This document shows, in pieces, positions 57,144 to 64,000 of a stretch of 64,000 bases of DNA; the first letter of the stretch is position 1, and each line of letters starts with the position of its first letter. This stretch comes from a virus, in the IMG/VR virus record IMGVR_UViG_3300030419_007131, positions 64,001 to 128,000 of that record; one strand, given 5' to 3'. Under the pieces are notes generated by a model. That model made no database searches. It was not told the DNA's origin and was given only the letters and a program-made list of their open reading frames with translations. A program made the position numbers and the translations under genes.

Positions 57144-58409
57144 TTAAAACTCTAGGACAGCATCCCCGTCTACAGGAGGCGCCGACACGCCTCCACACGC
57201 TTCCAGTACCGAATCGGCAAACTGTTTGTACATCTTCTCGGGAGTAAATTTATCGAGCACATGCTTTTGAAGTGCCTGCGCTTCGTTTCGGTAATGGCCC
57301 TGCTTATCAATTGCTTCACGCAAAGCGCGCTTATAAGAAGCCTCCTTAGGATAAGCCCACTGGGAGCCCTCCACGAGCATTTGCGGCACGCGGGCATATG
57401 GCTGAATCTCAGCCAGTTCGTAGTCAACCTTAATAACCCTAGGAACATCCTTGCCCTTCTTGTTGGGCTTGCAAATAAAGTCCATCTGGCCGCTCCATGT
57501 TACAGTAAGAAGAGGGAGACCATTACAGGCTGCCTCGAAGAGGGGGAGACCCCAGCCTTCTCCATGGCCGATGTTCACTAAGGCCTGCATTGTGGGGTGC
57601 AAATATAACCACGATAGATGATTCGGAGTCAGTTCCCCGTGCAAAAAATACACCTTACACTTACGATCGGGAATATCTAAACTATTCAGCACATGGTTGA
57701 TGCGATGTGTAGTAAATTCTCGATCCATAATGCTATCTGCGGCAGTATTTGTCTTCAGTACTAAGCCGACATCTTCATCATCCTTAAATGTTTCCACAAA
57801 CCATTTAAGAGTGTTTTCTACGTTTTTTCTGGGCGCCCATTGAGACATTACTAAAAAGTTTTTAGAGGTTGTAAACTCAACATCCAGTGGCTCAGGAGGC
57901 ACGACTCCTCGAACGCAGTAGTTCACTACGTCGATAGGGACCTTTACGCTCCAGTCATCAAGAACTTCTCCGGTCTCTTCATTCGTCGCCTGATAAACGG
58001 TATTTTCAAATACTGACTTGGCATGATTAGAGACGACAATGACCCGCTCCATTGTCTCGTTCACTTTTCCGATCCACTCCGGGGCAACTTTCGTCGTTTC
58101 TATCCCGGCGGTGTACCCAATATTTACGGGGGTGATTCGTTCGAACTGATTCGGGACTGTAATTTGGAGCGATGCGTCAAACTGGCCGCCGGCTTGCATG
58201 AAGTGGTGGGTTTTTTGAAGCAGAAACTCAATCTCCGCTCTTTCGGGGGAACTCTCGGCGATGTTTTTCGTGGAGCCCCATGAAGTATTAATGACATAAA
58301 CATCAAACAAATCCCGATGAGACTGCATCGCTCTAAGAGCGAAGCGTGACTGTTCGCCATAGCCAGATCGAGAGAGAAGGGGCCCTCTCATTAAAAGTTT
58401 TTTCTGCAT
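57144..58409 (-). CDS. GT4-family glycosyltransferase
   Basis: SRSGYGE, RKNVE and GEGWGLPLFEAACNGLP. Confidence 0.9.
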   Translation of the reverse strand: MQKKLLMRGPLLSRSGYGEQSRFALRAMQSHRDLFDVYVINTSWGSTKNIAESSPERAEIEFLLQKTHHFMQAGGQFDASLQITVPNQFERITPVNIGYTAGIETTKVAPEWIGKVNETMERVIVVSNHAKSVFENTVYQATNEETGEVLDDWSVKVPIDVVNYCVRGVVPPEPLDVEFTTSKNFLVMSQWAPRKNVENTLKWFVETFKDDEDVGLVLKTNTAADSIMDREFTTHRINHVLNSLDIPDRKCKVYFLHGELTPNHLSWLYLHPTMQALVNIGHGEGWGLPLFEAACNGLPLLTVTWSGQMDFICKPNKKGKDVPRVIKVDYELAEIQPYARVPQMLVEGSQWAYPKEASYKRALREAIDKQGHYRNEAQALQKHVLDKFTPEKMYKQFADSVLEACGGVSAPPVDGDAVLEF

Positions 58410-58410
58410 T

Positions 58411-59664
58411 TTAGAGTACCCTCATTTCATATGGTGTATATCCCGTGCGGTTATCCCATGATCCGCAATCTTCATTCAATTGCGTAAAAAGATCATCCCA
58501 AGATTGCACGAAGTCGTCAAAGTTAAACTGCTTTAAAGTCCACTCACGAGCCTTAGCTCCCAGTTCAGTGCGTTCTTCGGCTGTCATATTGTATACCTTA
58601 AGCAGCGCATTTACAAAGTCTTCCTTTGAGATTCGATCTTCATAAATATAAGGAACAGACTGAGATCCAATGATAGATTTTGAGGTCGGTTCAATACCAA
58701 CTCCAAAGCACGTTTCGCCATCCGAGATCTGGTCTTTAAGACCTCCGGTCAGTGTCACTATGATAGGCGTCCCGCAAGATAGGGACTCCAACGTAGAAAG
58801 GCCGAAGCCTTCTGCATCAGATATATTTACAGTACAGTCGGCGACGTTATAAATCCCGGCCAGGTCGCGAGAATCCACCTTTTCACGTGAGAAAAGCACC
58901 TCTCCTGAGGTGAGTCCCAGTTCGTGAATAATGGCTTCCAGGTCTTGACCATGAACATCCTTAACATCTGTGTGCATGATCAAGGTTGCCTTATCATGGC
59001 CCACTTGGTCCAAGAATTCTTTAAACCACCAAATCAAAGTACCAGACTGCTTTCGTCTTGCGTTTCTATTATTCCAGAAACAGACAAACTTATCTGTCAG
59101 GCCTTTCTGGTGACGATACTGTGCAATTTCGCCCGGAGGCATTGGCTTAAAGATGTCACCGTCCACAGCATGTGGAATATAACTGCTTGGTGTCTCGGGC
59201 GCAACTGTTTGAAGAATATCGTGAGTTAGCCGCGAGATGCAAGCCACATGATCATTTGAAAGATAAAAGGGTCGATTAAATTTAGGATGAGGATAGTTGT
59301 CCCATACGTGATAATACACCATCGGCACATGGGGTCGAATCTCATGCTCGATCTCCCAAAGCCACCCATAAAAACGAGGGTCGGTCATAAACCACAAAAT
59401 ATCAGGCTTTTGCTGATATATCATAGCTCTCACCATTTCTTGTGTACCATAGCCATCCACGGGCCAAATGATCCAGTCTTCTCCCCACTGCTCTGTATGT
59501 TGGGGGTCGTGACGGGGGTGTTTTATAGCCCCCCCAAAAGAGACAAACTGATATTTACCGGTTTTAAGCATCCCTTCGATAATATACTTTGTCTGAGTTC
59601 CAACCCCAGAGGGGGAAAGTGGATGATCTCCGATAGTAAAAATCTTAATTTTATTATTAGACAT
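58411..59664 (-). CDS. GT4-family glycosyltransferase
   Basis: SGVG, IPHAVD, NRNARRKQ and AEGFGLSTLESLSCGTPII. Confidence 0.9.
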   Translation of the reverse strand: MSNNKIKIFTIGDHPLSPSGVGTQTKYIIEGMLKTGKYQFVSFGGAIKHPRHDPQHTEQWGEDWIIWPVDGYGTQEMVRAMIYQQKPDILWFMTDPRFYGWLWEIEHEIRPHVPMVYYHVWDNYPHPKFNRPFYLSNDHVACISRLTHDILQTVAPETPSSYIPHAVDGDIFKPMPPGEIAQYRHQKGLTDKFVCFWNNRNARRKQSGTLIWWFKEFLDQVGHDKATLIMHTDVKDVHGQDLEAIIHELGLTSGEVLFSREKVDSRDLAGIYNVADCTVNISDAEGFGLSTLESLSCGTPIIVTLTGGLKDQISDGETCFGVGIEPTSKSIIGSQSVPYIYEDRISKEDFVNALLKVYNMTAEERTELGAKAREWTLKQFNFDDFVQSWDDLFTQLNEDCGSWDNRTGYTPYEMRVL

Positions 59665-59676
59665 TAATGTGTTCCT

Positions 59677-60456
59677 TTACGGGCAATGTTCCGTTTTATA
59701 CAATCTGCAACGATACGGCTTTAAACAACTCAAACGATTTTTAATCGTACGCCCCTGTAGAATATTATAGATTGCTTGGTATAGAAGTTTAAGAGCGTTT
59801 TCCGTTTTTTTGAGGCCGCTCGTTACCCTAAATAGTTCAACCCTGTTTTTACTGGCTGTTCTTTTAAGCAACGCGAAGTGAGTTTCTACCTTGGAAGGGT
59901 CGATTTTGTGCTTCTGGCAAAAGAAATGTTTATACAATGTTAGCTGATATGTCACAAGCTTTTCAGACTTCTTGCGAGAATCCCATCCCCACGAACACGT
60001 CTTCCAATCAAACAGGTGATAGGTGTCCCCTACTTTAATAACAGCGTCAACAAACCCTTTGAAATAAACATTAAAATTCTCAATAGGAACATACAACATT
60101 TCCTCTGAGGAAAAGACTTCATATTCTCCGAAGTATTCCTCAAGGGCCTTGTCGACCTCGGCCAGGATCTCGGGCCCCGCGGTACGCATTTGTTCTACGT
60201 TTTTGTCATTTACTTCAATATTCTTTTCTAACAATTCCTGCAGACGCTTATTGAAACCTATTTGGAATACCTCTGCCTCATCTATTTGTTCCTTGAGGAG
60301 CTTTTTTTCACAAACGTCATGAACTGCGCTGCCAAAGGCTGTGTATTCATTTCCTTCGAATGGGCTTACCTTTTCAACCCATGATTTTTGATGATAGTGT
60401 GGGCAAAAAGCCCAATCTTTAAGTTCAGAATAAGATATGTGTTCACGCTTGCTCAT
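59677..60456 (-). CDS. Cas4/RecB-like PD-(D/E)XK exonuclease with four Cys (Fe-S)
   Basis: ISYS...FCP, FGSAVH, GFVD, DWKT, QLTLY and a C-terminal C...C...CP. No CRISPR context. Confidence 0.85.
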   Translation of the reverse strand: MSKREHISYSELKDWAFCPHYHQKSWVEKVSPFEGNEYTAFGSAVHDVCEKKLLKEQIDEAEVFQIGFNKRLQELLEKNIEVNDKNVEQMRTAGPEILAEVDKALEEYFGEYEVFSSEEMLYVPIENFNVYFKGFVDAVIKVGDTYHLFDWKTCSWGWDSRKKSEKLVTYQLTLYKHFFCQKHKIDPSKVETHFALLKRTASKNRVELFRVTSGLKKTENALKLLYQAIYNILQGRTIKNRLSCLKPYRCRLYKTEHCP

Positions 60457-61069
60457 TTATTATTTCTTCAATCTTTTTGTGTAAAAGTGGGCTTATGTCT
60501 TTAACTGTTTTTGGGCTATCGAGAAAGTATTTCTCAAAACCATTTGCAAAATATTCCTGCAGCGACGTGGCACCATAAGGAGATACAAACAATCCCATGG
60601 TTAAAGACAGCAAAGTGGGATACCCGACTTCATCGGCAAGAAATTTATCAAACTTAGGATTATACTCTATTTGAGCATAAGCCTTGGGATTGATGTGGTA
60701 TCCTTCTGCTTCAAGTATGTGTTTCAGTCGCGACCTTTTGCCCCTAAATTCGTCGACCAAATCCTTGTTATAAATTTGGCCGCCTAGGCGATCCTCCAAA
60801 GAGTGGGCTGTTTCATGTATAAAGTCTTCCATCAAATCGAAATTCGTTGGCTCTTGAGAAGAGATATATATAGCTCCATTTCTATATGTGGCATTACGGC
60901 CCTGTAGTTCTTTAAAGTCGCCAATATAAACCACATCCAAATCATGCAATAGACTTTGCGGGAGAATCTCTTCTACCTCTTCGCAAAAGGCTGGTATATC
61001 CACGCTTTCTTCGGGGGTGTTAAGCACAAAAAGCGGAATATTATAAATATAATATTCGTAATGGGTCAC
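60443..61069 (-). CDS. putative zincin-like metalloprotein
   Basis: FIHETAH (HExxH) and downstream YGATSLQEYFANGF. Confidence 0.65.
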   Translation of the reverse strand: MTHYEYYIYNIPLFVLNTPEESVDIPAFCEEVEEILPQSLLHDLDVVYIGDFKELQGRNATYRNGAIYISSQEPTNFDLMEDFIHETAHSLEDRLGGQIYNKDLVDEFRGKRSRLKHILEAEGYHINPKAYAQIEYNPKFDKFLADEVGYPTLLSLTMGLFVSPYGATSLQEYFANGFEKYFLDSPKTVKDISPLLHKKIEEIINEQA

Positions 61070-61299
61070 TGCTGGGTGCTTTCAACATCTAAAAGTGCCT
61101 GCTCATAACCGCGTAAGAAGTTTTCTTCGGCAACAGCCATCAAAAACTCCGGGAATTCTGCAGCAAATACCTGCACGGCCATGTCCACCGTCACGGCTTC
61201 CTCAGCCTCAAGTCGTTCGCCTATATAATTAACGACGAGTTCTTGTAGGCCCGTGTTGGTCTCGACAGCCTTTTCTAAATCGGGATTTTCATTTTCCAT
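61066..61299 (-). CDS. hypothetical acidic protein
   Basis: Start reassigned to MENENP, just downstream of the phoH stop; 77 aa. Confidence 0.6.
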   Translation of the reverse strand: MENENPDLEKAVETNTGLQELVVNYIGERLEAEEAVTVDMAVQVFAAEFPEFLMAVAEENFLRGYEQALLDVESTQQ

Positions 61300-61306
61300 T
61301 ATGGTC

Positions 61307-62623
61307 TCACAAATTCTGTGCAGCGAAGGTCGCAACTTTCGATCTCTCACCCTTGTGTAGGGTGACATGAGATGCCAGCTCAAACTTCTTGAACTTTTCG
61401 ACGGCATGCGTCAACCCATTGGAGGTAGCATCGATATATACATTATCAATCTGTTCTACGTCTCCGGTCAACACAATTTTGGTTCCTTCGCCCACTCTAG
61501 TTATTATAGTCTTTAATTCGTGGCTTGTCAAGTTTTGAGCTTCATCAATGATGATAAAGGCATTTGAAATCGATCGACCACGAATATAAGTCAATGCTTC
61601 TATCTCTATTGTACCCTTTTGCATGTAAATGTCAAGGGTTACTTTATCATTTCCCATTAAAAATTGAAGATTATCCTGAATTGGCATCAACCAGGGTGTC
61701 ATTTTCTCTTCCATAGTTCCGGGGAGGAACCCAATGTCCTTTCCTAGGGGCTGTACGGGCCGTGAGACGATTACGCGGGTGTATTGTTGTGTCATCTCGT
61801 CTATGGTCTGTTCAAGGCCTGCAGCGATGGCACAGATCGTCTTACCACTACCTGCTTTTCCGATCACACTCACGATTTGAATCCCGGGATCCATTAAGGC
61901 ATCCATTAAAAACTGTTGTTCTTTGTTTCGAGGCTTAATTCCCCAAATCTTCTGACTTTTTAGTAACTGACGAATTGGCATGGCGTGGTGAACAAATCGT
62001 CCTAAAGCTGTCTTTTTTTCATTTGCATTTGAAACCAACATCACATATTGATTGGGATGAAGGGATTTATCATCTAAATACACGCTTTGCTTTTCATAAA
62101 ACCTGTCGATTATCTGATCGTCTACCAATACAGTGGTATACCCTTCGTAAATGCTTTCGCTATTATCAACAACTTGATTATTTTGAAAATCTTCTGACGT
62201 AAGACCAACTGCATCCGCGATAACACGCATGTTGATATCCCGGGATACTAAGATTACTTTACGAGAACTTTCTCTTTGTGCCTTGAGGGCAGTCGCAATA
62301 ATGAGATGATCTGGGATTTTTATATCTAGGTCGCGAGGAAGATCTTCGGGCTCGATACCAGATGCACTAATCGATTTAACAAGGCCTAGGCCCTTCCGGA
62401 TTCGCACACCCTTGTCAATGGATCCTTTTGCTCGGAGGTCATCCCAAATACGAATAATTTTACGTGCCTGAGCACCTACGGCATCTTGACGTTTTTTGTG
62501 CTTGTCGATTTCCTCGAAGACCTTTAAAGGCACGTGGATATCGTTGTTCTCGAAAGCGTATATACACTCAGCATTTGTCAAATAAACACTAGTGTCTAAT
62601 ACGTACGTTTTTTTACGACTCAT
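61307..62623 (-). CDS. phoH: PIN-PhoH (PhoH2-type) protein
   Basis: PIN motifs YVLDTSV and VSRDINMR; Walker A GKAGSGKT, IGFLPG, YIRGRS, IIDEAQN and TGDVEQID. Confidence 0.95.
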   Translation of the reverse strand: MSRKKTYVLDTSVYLTNAECIYAFENNDIHVPLKVFEEIDKHKKRQDAVGAQARKIIRIWDDLRAKGSIDKGVRIRKGLGLVKSISASGIEPEDLPRDLDIKIPDHLIIATALKAQRESSRKVILVSRDINMRVIADAVGLTSEDFQNNQVVDNSESIYEGYTTVLVDDQIIDRFYEKQSVYLDDKSLHPNQYVMLVSNANEKKTALGRFVHHAMPIRQLLKSQKIWGIKPRNKEQQFLMDALMDPGIQIVSVIGKAGSGKTICAIAAGLEQTIDEMTQQYTRVIVSRPVQPLGKDIGFLPGTMEEKMTPWLMPIQDNLQFLMGNDKVTLDIYMQKGTIEIEALTYIRGRSISNAFIIIDEAQNLTSHELKTIITRVGEGTKIVLTGDVEQIDNVYIDATSNGLTHAVEKFKKFELASHVTLHKGERSKVATFAAQNL

Positions 62624-62640
62624 AAAGACCCTTGGCTTTA

Positions 62641-62649
62641 AATAAATAG
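62641..62649 (-). promoter_or_regulatory. putative late promoter motif (CTATTTATT) upstream of phoH
   Basis: Lies in the 35-nt intergenic gap; same core as 3118-3128 and 7921-7931. Confidence 0.4.
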
Positions 62650-62658
62650 AGAGCGCGG

Positions 62659-63186
62659 CTAATATTCTCCTTTCTTAGACACATCTCCGCCAGAGACTAC
62701 TTCTACGCGGCTTGGAGTAATATCTACTCCATCTATTTCTGTTTCACTTTCCTTGATCATCCCTGATGAGTTAACTAAATCGGAAGAGCTTTGGATTTTA
62801 CCTCCGCCAACGCTCCATAAAAGTTCTATACCCAAAGTCTGGCACAAATCCATTTCGGGAGTGTTGTTGACTTTACGGTCTCCTCCGTTAGCAAAGAAAT
62901 CTGGTTTTATTCTTTCTAGGGCTTCGCATACCGTTCCGTCCGTGTCATCCACCTGAACAGTGTCGTGGACTGCAGCAAAACCACGCAAAATTTCACACCT
63001 CTCTTCGAAAGGCATAAAGATGTATCCTTTTTTTCTCATCAACCATTCATCTGAATTAACGATGACAACAACATTGCCGTATTCTGCGGCAGCGCGGATC
63101 ATGCGCAAGTGACCTACGTGCACAGGGTCAAACCCTCCCGAAACACAAACAGTAGTGTAAGGAGTGCTTTCCGTGTTAGTCTTCAT
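62659..63186 (-). CDS. cytidylyltransferase-family (HxGH) nucleotidyltransferase
   Basis: SGGFDPVHVGH, VNSDEWL.RKKG, FANGGDR and KIQSSS. Confidence 0.85.
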   Translation of the reverse strand: MKTNTESTPYTTVCVSGGFDPVHVGHLRMIRAAAEYGNVVVIVNSDEWLMRKKGYIFMPFEERCEILRGFAAVHDTVQVDDTDGTVCEALERIKPDFFANGGDRKVNNTPEMDLCQTLGIELLWSVGGGKIQSSSDLVNSSGMIKESETEIDGVDITPSRVEVVSGGDVSKKGEY

Positions 63187-63424
63187 TGTCCGTGGTCCCG
63201 GGTCGCGATCGTACCAAAAGACGGTCTAATGCTTCCATTGACCGCTCGGCTTGCGCCAACTTTGCAGCTGCAGTGCAAACCTCAGTAACAACAGCCGGGT
63301 GATCAGCAACTCCAGTTACAGCATTTACATATAACTGAATCGTGGTCAGAGCCTCCTGTCGGTCGGCCTCAAGGCGCGCCAACGTGGCGCGGACAATTTG
63401 ACTTCCTAATGCATTATTTTCCAT
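63176..63424 (-). CDS. hypothetical protein
   Basis: 82 aa with an AAGGAG SD. Confidence 0.65.
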   Translation of the reverse strand: MENNALGSQIVRATLARLEADRQEALTTIQLYVNAVTGVADHPAVVTEVCTAAAKLAQAERSMEALDRLLVRSRPGTTDNED

Positions 63425-63466
63425 TTCTTATCTCCTTTCGTTATGGTGGCTGCGGCAGACGCCGCA

Positions 63467-63721
63467 TTATTCTTCTTGCAAGTATACTACATTTCCATCT
63501 CGTTTAAAGCTCTTTCTTTCTTCCGTCTCAATATCCTCTACCTCCCAAGGGAGCGGGAGAAGATCATGATGAACCATCACCATCTCTAGATAATTTAGAC
63601 GATTATATAAAGTTATAATTCTCATTTTATGAGTTTTTAATACAGTACTAAATGCCCATAAATTTAAAACACTAGTTACCGCACCCACAATGAGTGCAAA
63701 TATGGTCAATTCTAGTGTCAT
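63467..63721 (-). CDS. hypothetical membrane protein
   Basis: 84 aa, N-terminal hydrophobic helix, AAGGA SD. Confidence 0.6.
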   Translation of the reverse strand: MTLELTIFALIVGAVTSVLNLWAFSTVLKTHKMRIITLYNRLNYLEMVMVHHDLLPLPWEVEDIETEERKSFKRDGNVVYLQEE

Positions 63722-63728
63722 TTTGTCC

Positions 63729-63992
63729 TTATGTCAAGTTGGGATCATACAAGGATGCCTCTTTAGTTATCTCAGGCAACCCGTCTTCGCTGTCTCGATT
63801 ATATAATACAACAGTATAAAGACCATTCCAAGTACCTGGCACTTTTTTTCTCATGAGCCGAGCATTTGAGTGTGTTTCGGCATGTATGTGAAGAGTTGGG
63901 CCTAAAGTACTGTGTTTGACTGTATAGGTACAGTCAGGCCCGAACTCTATGGCTGCCTGCAGTATAAGTGAGTCTCTGTTGTCGGGGTGCAC
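63729..63992 (-). CDS. hypothetical protein
   Basis: 87 aa ORF, same strand and packing as its neighbours; the start is uncertain near the window edge. Confidence 0.5.
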   Translation of the reverse strand: MHPDNRDSLILQAAIEFGPDCTYTVKHSTLGPTLHIHAETHSNARLMRKKVPGTWNGLYTVVLYNRDSEDGLPEITKEASLYDPNLT

Positions 63993-64000
63993 TTATTTCT

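Noticed and set aside
59677-60456. Cas4-like gene as evidence for CRISPR-Cas
   Set aside because: No cas1/cas2 or repeat-spacer array in the window; stand-alone Cas4-like nucleases are common in phages.
255-62956. Numerous plus-strand ORFs (60-240 aa) in the track
   Set aside because: Nearly all lie antisense to well-supported minus-strand genes and have no recognisable motifs; they are treated as shadow ORFs.
63451-63466. Hairpin TGCGGC-AGAC-GCCGCA as a terminator
   Set aside because: No U-tract follows it on the coding (minus) strand; at most a stability hairpin or an antisense terminator.
1-64000. Alternative genetic code, tRNAs, introns/inteins, or a eukaryotic giant-virus origin
   Set aside because: TAA, TAG and TGA all end genes at coupled junctions, intergenic gaps are too short for RNA genes, and no intein or homing motifs were seen. 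SD sites, a sigma70 promoter and gp6/gp25/gp55-like genes indicate a bacteriophage.

Overview
This window looks like a 64 kb slice of a large (probably jumbo) T4-like contractile-tailed bacteriophage genome. All credible genes are on the minus strand, tightly packed, in the standard genetic code, many with Shine-Dalgarno sites. In transcription order (right to left) it holds six blocks. (1) Small hypotheticals, a cytidylyltransferase, PIN-PhoH, a zincin-like protein and a Cas4-like nuclease (59.7-64 kb). (2) An ~18 kb nucleotide-sugar/glycosyltransferase island (41.4-59.7 kb): about 5-6 GTs including a GT-D fold enzyme, WecB, RmlB, RmlC, two Fcl-like SDRs, a His-type (ColD-like) PLP 3-dehydratase next to a split ThDP E1-alpha/beta pair, an aminotransferase plus GNAT, a methyltransferase, and split HldE heptose kinase/adenylyltransferase with a HAD phosphatase. 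(3) A gp55-like late sigma factor. (4) A ~35 kb baseplate/tail module: M15-peptidase hub, spike-like protein, gp25, gp6, a 4325-aa protein with about six LamG domains, and collar-like proteins. (5) A RuvC-like resolvase and a primase. (6) Four small proteins sharing an N-terminal MKITKQRLKEIIREE leader, followed by a single-ORF Mre11-Rad50 (gp47-gp46) fusion that runs off the left edge and is absent from the ORF track. The best candidate for an undescribed system is a phage-encoded virion glycosylation pathway making rare (3,6-dideoxy, C-branched, heptose) sugars, with [S/T]-G-[S/T]-rich structural proteins as proposed acceptors. A leader-tagged cassette of putative capsid-internal proteins is the second candidate. 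All functional calls come from motif recognition by eye; no database searches were run.
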